DNA from: a bacterium
Lineage (GTDB): Bacteria; Latescibacterota; UBA2968
NCBI GenBank assembly: GCA_027296045.1
Contig: JAPUJS010000354.1
Span: 1-36,716 of the forward strand
Direction of reading: 5' to 3'
Length of the DNA: 36,716 nt
Shown: one piece after another, positions 9,050 to 16,743 of the stretch
Position numbering within the stretch: the stretch's first letter is position 1
Layout: each line of letters starts with the position of its first letter
Translations under genes and position numbers: made by a program
The notes under the pieces: generated by a model
The model's input: the letters and a program-made list of their open reading frames with translations, nothing else
What the model was told of the DNA's origin: nothing
The model's database searches: none

Positions 9050-9151
9050 CTAATTTTCCTTCCCCTCTTCCTTTTTCTGCTTTCTAATAAAATAAAAACC
9101 GATACCAATCACGACCAAGGTTGTCACAGTCATGGAGACAATCAAGTCCAT
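9050..9151 (-). CDS. 33-aa single-TM peptide (MDLIVSMTVTTLVVIGIGFYFIRKQKKEEGKEN), not in the ORF track
   Basis: Perfect AAGGAGGT SD 7 nt before ATG. Hydrophobic stretch followed by a charged tail. Overlaps the end of the 73-aa ORF. Confidence 0.65.
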   Translation of the reverse strand: MDLIVSMTVTTLVVIGIGFYFIRKQKKEEGKEN

Positions 9152-9363
9152 CGCCTGAACCTCCTTTGGGAAGGATTCAACCTTCGCATTCTGAGACCGA
9201 CATAGATGCACAACATCCCATCGATCAATCCAATCATTGCAAGAACAGGATAGGGCACAGGGAGGCGGGTTTGGAGAAGCGGACCGAAATATCCCGTCAG
9301 AATCATACCTACTCCTAAATTAATAAATGCTTGTCCAAGATCATAAACCTGATTTTGATTCAT
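9142..9363 (-). CDS. 73-aa two-TM membrane protein
   Basis: ATGA overlap with the upstream SAM hydrolase stop, two hydrophobic segments, Arg-rich C-terminus. Confidence 0.65.
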   Translation of the reverse strand: MNQNQVYDLGQAFINLGVGMILTGYFGPLLQTRLPVPYPVLAMIGLIDGMLCIYVGLRMRRLNPSQRRFRRWT

Positions 9364-10175
9364 CTGTCTTTTCCTATCAGTCGGACCTCGTCCCCCCGCT
9401 GAACTCCCATTTCCTCCGCCGCACTCCCTCCATTGACCGATATTTCCAACGTGCCCTGACTCCCATACAGCAACAACGGTTCCCCCTGTACCACATCCCC
9501 ATAGGTCCGGTGAATTCGATGAAATATCTGTCCGCCAATTTCAACCACCCGACCTTCCACAGCAGCCTCCACCTGTTCTTCAGACAAATTGCTGATCCCA
9601 TTTCCAAACCGGTCCACATGAACAATCCGGCCGGTCAGCCGGTCTGCTTCCTCTCGAACCGCCCATACATCGAGCATCACCGGATCGGTCACAAACGGAC
9701 CAAAAGCCTCTATTTCGACTCCCTGGCATAAATACCCAGCAGCCGGGGCAAACACATCCCGACCATGAAATGTGGCACTCACATCTTTTCGCATCCACTC
9801 CGGGTTTTCCAAACTGACCATCCGGCAATCGGCCTCGGCCTGAAAAACAGGTGTAAACACCCCGTTATCCGGCCCCACAAACCGATAGCGGGCCGTTTCC
9901 ACCACCAATCCCCGCCGTTTCCTGCCCACACCCGGATCCACCACAACAACATGAATCGTCCCGTCCGGAAAGTGCGGATAGGCAGTATGAAAAATATAGG
10001 CCCCGGCTTCCACGTCCTGTGGAGGAATCTCGTGCGTGATATCCACCACGGTAACCGACCCCGCAATCTCCAAAACCACCCCTTTCATCGCCCCCACATA
10101 ACCATCTTGAACGCCAAAATCGGTTGTCAAAGTCACAATACCGGGCCGATCGGCTGCTGTACTATTTTGTGACAA
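9360..10175 (-). CDS. SAM hydroxide adenosyltransferase (DUF62, chlorinase/fluorinase family)
   Basis: LTTDFG, DITH, VVDPGVG..RR, GPDNG, SATFHGRDVFAP and VDRFGN motifs. TTG start with GGGAGGT SD. Confidence 0.93.
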   Translation of the reverse strand: MSQNSTAADRPGIVTLTTDFGVQDGYVGAMKGVVLEIAGSVTVVDITHEIPPQDVEAGAYIFHTAYPHFPDGTIHVVVVDPGVGRKRRGLVVETARYRFVGPDNGVFTPVFQAEADCRMVSLENPEWMRKDVSATFHGRDVFAPAAGYLCQGVEIEAFGPFVTDPVMLDVWAVREEADRLTGRIVHVDRFGNGISNLSEEQVEAAVEGRVVEIGGQIFHRIHRTYGDVVQGEPLLLYGSQGTLEISVNGGSAAEEMGVQRGDEVRLIGKDR

Positions 10176-10302
10176 AATAGAATACCTCCCTATAACATTT
10201 TGTAATAAAATCGATCTTAAATCCGTAGTTCTCTATTTTTTCTGCAAACGAAATTTAATTTAAAAACAATAATTTATACTTCATTATAACAAGACTCACA
10301 TT

Positions 10303-10319
10303 CTGGCACACCCTTTGCG
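10303..10319 (+). promoter_or_regulatory. Sigma54 (-24/-12) promoter
   Basis: CTGGCACACCCTTTGCG matches TGGCAC-N5-TTGC with exact spacing. It is preceded by about 100 bp of AT-rich DNA containing an IHF-like AAACAATAATTTA. Confidence 0.7.
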
Positions 10320-10345
10320 GTTAAGTAGATCAAATAGAACTGCCA

Positions 10346-10474
10346 AGCGTAGCTGACACTCCTGGAGATCGGAATCGGAGGGCACTGTCCGGCCAGATCC
10401 GGCAGTATCGGGGGAGAGCAATCACTGCTGGATCTGAATCGGCCTCCCTCCGATTCTCCTGGGAATCAGACGCT
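10346..10474 (+). ncRNA. Long rod-like structured leader or candidate ncRNA
   Basis: Nested stems: 10372-10382 with 10446-10456 (11 bp perfect), 10394-10406 with 10424-10436 (13 bp, one G-U), and outer AGCGT/ACGCT and CTGA/TCAG. No known family recognised. Confidence 0.4.
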
Positions 10475-10504
10475 CCATAACTCCTTAGTCAGGAGCAAGG
10501 AACT

Positions 10505-10879
10505 GTGGCAAATATACTGATTATCGACGACGAGCCAGACATCTGTGAAATCCTTCAAACCTTTTTGGAGGAGAACGGTTATACAGTCCAGATCGCCACC
10601 TCATCGGAAAGCGTTCTGGAAGACGTCAAACAAGCTCCCCCGGATCTGATTTTGCTCGACGTGGTCATGCCCGGCAAAAGCGGCTTTGACCTCCTCCCCC
10701 ACCTCAAAACCATCGCACCCAATACCTTCATCGTGGTCATCACCGGTGTAAACGACTACCGAATTGCCGACCTGTTCTACGAAAGCGGCATCAACGGCTT
10801 TCTCACCAAACCCATCCGATTGGACAACCTGCGGCTCACCATCAACCGATTGCTCGCCCCACCTGTTACACCCGCGTAA
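10505..10879 (+). CDS. Single-domain response regulator (REC only)
   Basis: ILIIDDE, LILLDVVMPGKSG, ITG and FLTKP motifs. Confidence 0.92.
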   Translation: MANILIIDDEPDICEILQTFLEENGYTVQIATSSESVLEDVKQAPPDLILLDVVMPGKSGFDLLPHLKTIAPNTFIVVITGVNDYRIADLFYESGINGFLTKPIRLDNLRLTINRLLAPPVTPA

Positions 10880-10891
10880 AAAAACCTGCCC

Positions 10892-10919
10892 AGCCGCAGC
10901 ACTCCCTGCGGCTTTTTTT
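10892..10919 (+). terminator. Intrinsic terminator
   Basis: AGCCGCAG-cactcc-CTGCGGCT followed by a T run. Confidence 0.8.
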
Positions 10920-10924
10920 CGACT

Positions 10925-11614
10925 TCAAAAAACCCCCGCTTCCTTCATACTCAAAAATCGTTCCGATCCCACCACAATGTGATCCAACACCTCAATCCCC
11001 ATAATCTCGCCTGCCTGCACCATCCGCCTGGTCAGTTCAATATCCTCCTGGCTGGGCGTGACATCCCCCGAAGGGTGGTTGTGCGCCAAAATAACACTGG
11101 CCGCCGAAGAGCCAACAGCAGGGGCAAACACTTCCCGGGGATGGACTAAGCTAGCATTAAGAGATCCAACCGACACATCTTCCCTGCAAATGACCTGATT
11201 CCGTGCGTTCAAAAAGAACGCCACAAAATGTTCCTTGCGCCGGTCCTTAATGTCCGTCAACAGTCCCACCACATCCGAAGGCCGTGAAATCGAAGGGGCG
11301 ATTCCCATTCCCTGATTCAACCCTCTTTTGGCCAATTCAAATCCGGCAATCAGTCCTGCCGCCTTCGCCCGACCAATGCCCTTGATCTGGATCAACGCAG
11401 CAAGATCCATCTGCATCAAACCCTCCGGCGTGTGCTTCCGCAAAATCGCCTTGGTCACCTCCAACACGTTTCGCCCTTCGTAGCCTGTTCGCAACAAAAT
11501 AGCCAGCAACTCCTCATCCTTCAATGCTTCTGGTCCCAGCCGTTCTAATTTTTCCCGCGGCATATCCACATCTGCGACACCAGCAATACCTCTGCCTCGA
11601 ACCCCAACTTCCAT
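10925..11614 (-). CDS. radC: RadC (JAB/MPN domain) family protein
   Basis: PREKL...G..AL.D.ELLAILL, HhH GIGRAKA, VHPREVF, AHNHPSGD.TPS..D and LDHIVVG motifs. AGGAGGT SD. Confidence 0.95.
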   Translation of the reverse strand: MEVGVRGRGIAGVADVDMPREKLERLGPEALKDEELLAILLRTGYEGRNVLEVTKAILRKHTPEGLMQMDLAALIQIKGIGRAKAAGLIAGFELAKRGLNQGMGIAPSISRPSDVVGLLTDIKDRRKEHFVAFFLNARNQVICREDVSVGSLNASLVHPREVFAPAVGSSAASVILAHNHPSGDVTPSQEDIELTRRMVQAGEIMGIEVLDHIVVGSERFLSMKEAGVF

Positions 11615-11789
11615 CTCGACCTCCTTTGGTTTACCTGAACCTCACAGGCAAATGGTGTTCCTACATTACAAACCAAAGGAAGATCCTGTTTTTTTGCATG
11701 TTATCATCCGGTTTGCCAATCGCTGTATCACAAAAATGGAAAGATTCTTTCAATTGTTCGAATCGGAACAGCACACCGCGACCACATCC

Positions 11790-12425
11790 TCAGGGCAGCG
11801 AGACATGCAAATGGTCAGCGGTGCCCACGTGCCGAAGGGTCTGAAACCCCGCCCATCTCAAAAAAAATTCCAACAGCCAATTTCGTACTTCGTTCCGACC
11901 TGAAGTCCTCAAATCGATCGCGTGAACATACCCGTCCGGCTGGGTATAATGCAACGAACGGTGGAGAGATGGCAGCCCCATTGCCTGATACGCTTCCGGT
12001 GTCCGGGACACATCGGTCACCACCAAACTACGGTCCACCAACAACACCATCCCGACCCCCACGCGCAAAAACGGGTGCAACATCTGAAATTCCTGTCGCA
12101 CCGTTTCGGTTTTTGCATGCCCCCCGGAGAAAGACAACAATATATAGCCCCAGAATCCCAGCAAGAGCAGACCGGCCACCATCGCCTTCCCCTTCAGAAT
12201 AGACTTGGACATTCCCCCCCGCCCCAATATCTTTCTGGAAATTGCCTGCACGTAAACAAACAGCAAAATAAACGGCAGAAAACTCCCGCAATACAAAGCC
12301 GTCCAGGCGTGATATCCATATGTCTGTATCAAAAAAGCAGCCCCTCTTAACAACAACACGAAGGGGAGCAAAGCCAGAAATACAATCCCCGTACAATAAA
12401 GTACCGTATATAAAAAGCGGCGCAT
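11790..12425 (-). CDS. Membrane protein with a C-terminal zinc DD-peptidase/M15-like domain
   Basis: Three TM segments, then SR...SLH...HAIDLR...DHLHVS, which resembles the H/D/HxH zinc ligand pattern. Start uncertain (12425 or 12479). Confidence 0.55.
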   Translation of the reverse strand: MRRFLYTVLYCTGIVFLALLPFVLLLRGAAFLIQTYGYHAWTALYCGSFLPFILLFVYVQAISRKILGRGGMSKSILKGKAMVAGLLLLGFWGYILLSFSGGHAKTETVRQEFQMLHPFLRVGVGMVLLVDRSLVVTDVSRTPEAYQAMGLPSLHRSLHYTQPDGYVHAIDLRTSGRNEVRNWLLEFFLRWAGFQTLRHVGTADHLHVSLP

Positions 12426-12502
12426 TTCCACACTCCAGTCAAAAGCGTTCTTCCATTTGACCAGGGCAACAAGATTCACAAAAAATCAAGTCAGGAGGCC
12501 CT

Positions 12503-13246
12503 ATGTCTAACGCAAGTGCTTGTATCCGTAACTGGCGAGACCCCGACGCCTACGTCGGCCACGATTCTGCCGTTGTATTCCCCATTTTGTCTGCCCGATC
12601 GGAAAACTCCGATGATCCTTACGCCTGCCTGGAAAATTTCCAGTCCCTCACCTGGCATGCTGTTCAGGGCGGCCAAAAGTCCGACTTCCACCATCACCAG
12701 GGCAGAGAACAATACTACTATATCCTCTCCGGCACCGGCGAAGTACTCATCAACGACCAGCGCTACCCGGTGCGGGAGGGCACAGCTGCCTATTTCCCTC
12801 CCGAAATCGATCACCAGCTCTTTTCAGATTCTGAAAACGACTTTCTCGAACACCTGGTGATCACCAGCGCCGTGGATCGAAAAGACAGCCAGCCCTGTGT
12901 GGTCAACTGGCGAGAATCTCTGCCCCAGGATGAGGGCCATGGCGACTGCATCCGGTGGCGACTCCTGTCGGCAATCGATGGGAAAAATCAGATCGATCAG
13001 GCCTGCCTGCTTCGCACCCACTTTCTGGGCAGACAGGCTCTGGTCAAAGGCAAGTCTTCCAACATGCACAAACACGACCAGATGGAGCAACTCTACTATA
13101 TTCTCAAAGGCCATGCCACGATGCTCATCAACGATGAACCCCACCGACTGGTCGAAGGTGATGTGGCCTATCTTCCCAGAGGGACTTTTCATAAAATCAT
13201 TAACGAGGACTACGACGGCTGGCTTTCGTATTTGGTAATCAGTTGA
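12503..13246 (+). CDS. Bicupin protein
   Basis: Two cupin motifs, HHH...EQYYYILSG...H and HKH...EQLYYILKG...H. AGGAGG SD. Confidence 0.88.
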   Translation: MSNASACIRNWRDPDAYVGHDSAVVFPILSARSENSDDPYACLENFQSLTWHAVQGGQKSDFHHHQGREQYYYILSGTGEVLINDQRYPVREGTAAYFPPEIDHQLFSDSENDFLEHLVITSAVDRKDSQPCVVNWRESLPQDEGHGDCIRWRLLSAIDGKNQIDQACLLRTHFLGRQALVKGKSSNMHKHDQMEQLYYILKGHATMLINDEPHRLVEGDVAYLPRGTFHKIINEDYDGWLSYLVIS

Positions 13247-13311
13247 AATATATGCGATTTCAGAATAAACTACCACCCGCGGAAGAAACCCAATAGGTAA
13301 GGAGACCGCCG

Positions 13312-13716
13312 ATGCCGCTGAACAACCCCATTCTCGATGCCACCCTTAACAACATCAACCTCAAGGAAGTCAAAAAAGAAATGGGACCTCCCAATTGGGT
13401 TCGTGCCATTGTCGACCTCGACCACGTACGGGGCACCATCATCTGCCAGGAATCTGGCAAAATCAACGACAACCATTGCCACAGCTATGACGAATGGTGG
13501 ATCATCCTCGAAGGCGAAATCGACTGGATCATCGAAGGCCGTGAAGACAGCCCCGTCCACGCCAAAGCCGGCGACTTCGTCTTCGTCCCTGCCCTCACCT
13601 ACCACCACATCTTCCCCAAAGGCGGCAAACCGTCCATCCGCCTCGGCATCTCTTTTCCCGGACAGGGCCATTTGCACGAAAGACCCGAAAGAAAGCTCAA
13701 AATCTCGGCAGAATAA
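13312..13716 (+). CDS. Monocupin protein
   Basis: HCHSYDEWWIILEG...GDFVFVPA...HH motif. AAGGAG SD. Confidence 0.88.
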   Translation: MPLNNPILDATLNNINLKEVKKEMGPPNWVRAIVDLDHVRGTIICQESGKINDNHCHSYDEWWIILEGEIDWIIEGREDSPVHAKAGDFVFVPALTYHHIFPKGGKPSIRLGISFPGQGHLHERPERKLKISAE

Positions 13717-13741
13717 TTGCGCCACAATGCGAACCATAAAC

Positions 13742-13786
13742 GATGAAAAAGGCCGGTGCCTGAAGAAGACACTGGCTTTTTTCATC
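13742..13786 (+). terminator. Terminator after the cupin pair, possibly bidirectional
   Basis: GATGAAAAAGGCCGGTG...CACTGGCTTTTTTCATC inverted repeat. Confidence 0.7.
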
Positions 13787-13855
13787 TTCAACACTTGCGC
13801 CGACCGAATTGGGTCGGTTCACATACCATTTGGAAAACAATCTATGGGATGGAAC

Positions 13856-13885
13856 AAAAAAAAGCCATAGGCAAAGCCTATGGCT
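13856..13885 (-). terminator. Minus-strand intrinsic terminator, probably the original terminator of the kinase gene
   Basis: AGCCATAGGC-AAA-GCCTATGGCT is a 10-bp perfect stem, with A8 at 13856-13863 (U run on the minus strand). Confidence 0.8.
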
Positions 13886-14014
13886 GTGAGACTTCTGAAA
13901 ACTTGCTTTTACAGAAAACGTCCGAGAAAGTCCACGCATTCATGCGTGGGATGAATCGGATTTCGTAATCGGAACACGGCGTGTTTCCGACTCGAAACCA
14001 TTATGTTTTAGGGG

Positions 14015-14043
14015 TTGTTTCCTGAACGCATGTTCAGTATATT
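14015..14043 (+). promoter_or_regulatory. Candidate tnpB promoter with a palindromic spacer
   Basis: TTGTTT, 17 nt containing CTGAAC-GCAT-GTTCAG, then TATATT, just upstream of the ATG at 14051. Confidence 0.4.
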
Positions 14044-14050
14044 ATGACAT

Positions 14051-15205
14051 ATGCCACGATTTGTCCGAAAACTCAAAGTTGCGAAGACCGACCCACTCGA
14101 CCAACTTGCTCTGGCCTCGGGAGATCTGTATTCCCGCGTCGTGGTCTATTTCTGGCGCACCGTCAGAAAGAAGGGGATCTGGTTGTCTCCGAATGCCCTG
14201 ATGAAAATCTTCAAGTCTGACGATTTGCATTCTCAATCTGCTCAGGCGACCATCCAGACCTTCTGTGCTTCTCTCAAGTCGTGGCGTGTTCGCAGGAAGG
14301 TTGATCCAGAGGCAAAGCCACCGAGACGGGGCAGACGCTTTTTTAAAGTCATCTGGAAAGGCCAGGCGATCCAGTTGCGTGATGGGCAACTCATCCTTCC
14401 CAACGGCAGGGGCAATGAGCCCTATACCCTCAAGTGGCGATTCGACAAACCCAAGCAGGTCGAGATGGGTTGGAATGGCCAAAGCTACGAGCTTCGTGCT
14501 ACATACGTCACCGATGAGAGTGCCACGCAGATCTCTGGCGATGGGATAGCAGCCGTAGACCTGGGCGAGATCCACCCTGCCACCACCTTTGACAGCACAG
14601 AATCGGTGATCTATAATGGTCGTTTGCTCAGATCCAAGAAACAGTATCAGAACAAGCTCAAGGCCAGACTTGCCAGCAGAATAGACACCAAGAAGAAAGG
14701 GTCGCGGCGTTGGCGAAGGCTTGTTAAGGCAAAGAAAAGGCATCTTGCCAGTATCCAGAACCAGATACGAGATATTGAGCACAAACAATCTCGGGCACTG
14801 GTCTCCACCCTGCTCAATGCACGGGTGCAGACGCTCGTGATCGGGGATGTGCGCGATATTCGTCAAGGGTTGGATTATGGCAAACGTGCCAATCAGAAGC
14901 TCCACCAGTGGTGTCATGGTAGATTCAGGCACCTGATCACCTACAAGTGGGAAATGCTTGGCGGTGAAGTTGCGCTTCAGGACGAAGCCTACACCTCCTC
15001 TACCTGTCCCAGGTGTGAGGATCGCCATAAACCCAAAGGCCGGACATTCAAATGTCGCTGTGGTTTCTCTGCTCATCGTGACTGTGTTGGTGCAATCAAC
15101 ATCCTGCAAAAGTATCAGGGCTGCGGCCCTGTAGTCGGGGATATGGCACCCCCCTCGCGAGGTGTGAGATATCACCCACACCTCGTGTGTCGCTCGGAGG
15201 CTTGA
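14051..15205 (+). CDS. tnpB: RNA-guided endonuclease TnpB, RuvC-II-rearranged type
   Basis: RuvC-I AVDLGE, GSRRWRR, LVIGD (Gly replacing the canonical Glu), DEAYTS, zinc finger CPRC...CRCG and RuvC-III HRDCVGAINI. Confidence 0.95.
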   Translation: MPRFVRKLKVAKTDPLDQLALASGDLYSRVVVYFWRTVRKKGIWLSPNALMKIFKSDDLHSQSAQATIQTFCASLKSWRVRRKVDPEAKPPRRGRRFFKVIWKGQAIQLRDGQLILPNGRGNEPYTLKWRFDKPKQVEMGWNGQSYELRATYVTDESATQISGDGIAAVDLGEIHPATTFDSTESVIYNGRLLRSKKQYQNKLKARLASRIDTKKKGSRRWRRLVKAKKRHLASIQNQIRDIEHKQSRALVSTLLNARVQTLVIGDVRDIRQGLDYGKRANQKLHQWCHGRFRHLITYKWEMLGGEVALQDEAYTSSTCPRCEDRHKPKGRTFKCRCGFSAHRDCVGAINILQKYQGCGPVVGDMAPPSRGVRYHPHLVCRSEA

Positions 15206-15268
15206 AACGCCTCCGAGAATCCCACGGATTTATCCGTGGGAGTGTCAAGTTTACTGAATCTCCGGAAT
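15100..15268 (+). ncRNA. Putative omegaRNA (reRNA) scaffold plus guide; 5' boundary approximate
   Basis: Hairpin CTCGGAGGC/GCCTCCGAG (15193-15217) and the right-end hairpin lie at the tnpB 3' end. By analogy to ISDra2 the guide is the flank after TCAA (GTTTACTGAATCTCCGGAAT). Confidence 0.6.
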
Positions 15269-16720
15269 CCCTTCTTTGGGCACCACAATCGTAAACGTCG
15301 TCCCTTTCTCTTTCGAAGACTCCGCCCAGATCCGCCCGCCGTGGGCTTCTACAAACAGCCGGGCAATCGTAGTTCCCAGCCCGGTACCCTTTTTGTCGCG
15401 CTTGGTGGTATTGAACTTCTCAAAAATGGTCGCGACCCGGTCCTCCGGAATCGGATCTCCCCAGTTGTGCACGCTCAACTCAACCTCTTCTCCCAAATCC
15501 CGAACTCGAACGGTAATCTCCCCCGGATCGTGTTCCAGGGCGTTCTTCACCAGATTCGCAATCGCCCGCTGGAGTTTTTGCAAATCGTGCGGCATCACAA
15601 TCTCAGGCGTTTCGCCTGCCCCGTCGTGGGGGAAAAATCGAATCCGCCCCCCCACATCGCCGCCCTCCTCTTCCGAGCCTGCCCCCAAAGCCGCATCCTG
15701 GATGGAATCGTGAACGGTCTGATAAAAATTGGTCCGAAATGGATTCAACAGGATCTTGCCCTGCTCATACTGGGAGACTTCCCGGGTCAGATCCAGCAAA
15801 TTTTCAAGCCGTTTTCCCCCTTGCCAGATCATGTTCATATACTTCAAAATGGTTTCATCCTGCTTGACCGCATCGTAGTCTTCCATCAAGATCTGGGAAA
15901 AAGCCAGAATAGGCGTCAGTGGACTCCGGAGTTCGTGCAGGATAAAAGAGTCCCACTCATCCCGCAATTCTCCCATTCGTTGCTCCAAGGCCTTGCGTTC
16001 GGAAATATCAATGGCAGACTCGATATAGAGCCGATCTTCTCCCCGGGGAACAATTCGACAATAGATCTCTACCGGCACCCGATCGCCGCCCTTGGTCAAC
16101 AGAACGGTTTCCCGGCCACTTAATTCATGCCCCCCGGCGGCCTCAATCTCTTTGTAGATTGTATCCCACAATTCTCCATGGATCCGATCAAAATCAGCCC
16201 CCATCAGTTCGCCGGGGGAATAACCAGTCAATTCACAGACCTGCCGATTCACCTGATAAATCTGCCCCGAATCCGGATCGCCAATGACCACCGCCTCCGA
16301 AATACTTTCAAACAAATTTCGATATTCCTGCTCCAGCACTTTAATCTCACGCAAGTCCCGCAACCGCATCAAAAAGTGATCCTGGCCTTCGTCTAAAATG
16401 GGCCGAAGATCCATCATCATGGGAACTTCACGGTCTTTCACATCCAAAATCGCCACCTCGGCCTCGGGCAAAGGTGTGCCGTCTTTTACTCCTGTCATTA
16501 TCACCCAAAATGTCGATCGATAGGTTTCTGACAAAACGGCATCAAAAGGCTGTCCCAACACATCGGACCGGGCACGGCCAAGCACCTCCTCGAACCGGGA
16601 ATTGGCCATTTGGATCTGTCCTTCGCCGTCGATCATCATCATGATATCGGGAGCGGAATCGAACAGGTACTGATAAAAATGTTCGGATTGTTGAAAAGAG
16701 AGGGAATCCTGCTTTCCCAA
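15251..16720 (-). CDS. Cytoplasmic PAS-PAS sensor histidine kinase
   Basis: Two PAS domains, H-box HELRSPLT, N-box NLVKNA, F-box IFEKF and G2 GTGLG. TTG start with AGGAG SD. Confidence 0.93.
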   Translation of the reverse strand: MGKQDSLSFQQSEHFYQYLFDSAPDIMMMIDGEGQIQMANSRFEEVLGRARSDVLGQPFDAVLSETYRSTFWVIMTGVKDGTPLPEAEVAILDVKDREVPMMMDLRPILDEGQDHFLMRLRDLREIKVLEQEYRNLFESISEAVVIGDPDSGQIYQVNRQVCELTGYSPGELMGADFDRIHGELWDTIYKEIEAAGGHELSGRETVLLTKGGDRVPVEIYCRIVPRGEDRLYIESAIDISERKALEQRMGELRDEWDSFILHELRSPLTPILAFSQILMEDYDAVKQDETILKYMNMIWQGGKRLENLLDLTREVSQYEQGKILLNPFRTNFYQTVHDSIQDAALGAGSEEEGGDVGGRIRFFPHDGAGETPEIVMPHDLQKLQRAIANLVKNALEHDPGEITVRVRDLGEEVELSVHNWGDPIPEDRVATIFEKFNTTKRDKKGTGLGTTIARLFVEAHGGRIWAESSKEKGTTFTIVVPKEGIPEIQ

Positions 16721-16743
16721 AACAAACTCCTGGCACCCAGTCT

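Larger units (their letters stand above)
13913..15248 (+). mobile_element. IS200/IS605-family element, tnpB only (IS1341-like, non-autonomous)
   Basis: Left: target TTAC (13909-13912), AAAG guide (13927-13930), hairpin CCACGCA-TTCA-TGCGTGG. Right: GAAT, hairpin CCCACGGA-TTTA-TCCGTGGG, then AGTG-TCAA ending at 15248. This is the IS608 end architecture. No room for tnpA. Confidence 0.9.

Noticed and set aside
9360-10175. Possible fluorinase or chlorinase
   Set aside because: The Asp/Arg/His residues typical of DUF62 SAM hydrolases are present (VVDPGVG..RR, TFHGRD) and there is no secondary-metabolite context.
10925-11614. radC as a marker of a mobile element
   Set aside because: It is the full-length chromosomal type with an N-terminal HhH region and has no mobile genes adjacent.
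11625-11643. GTTTACCTGAACCTC upstream of radC resembles the TnpB guide
   Set aside because: It needs a bulge and a mismatch in the seed and is preceded by TTTG rather than TTAC, so it is probably chance.
14028-14050. dif-like GTATATTATG
   Set aside because: The XerC and XerD arms do not match, and it lies inside the IS as the tnpB -10 region.
14042-15181. 379-aa antisense ORF over tnpB, and similar long shadow ORFs (1201-2085, 3963-4841, 19471-20541, 23487-24575, 26102-27310)
   Set aside because: No motifs. They are explained as antisense shadows of real genes in GC-rich coding DNA.
14051-15205. Catalytically dead TnpB (TldR) or Cas12f
   Set aside because: An alternative Glu and both Asp residues are present, transposon ends are intact, and no CRISPR array is in the window.
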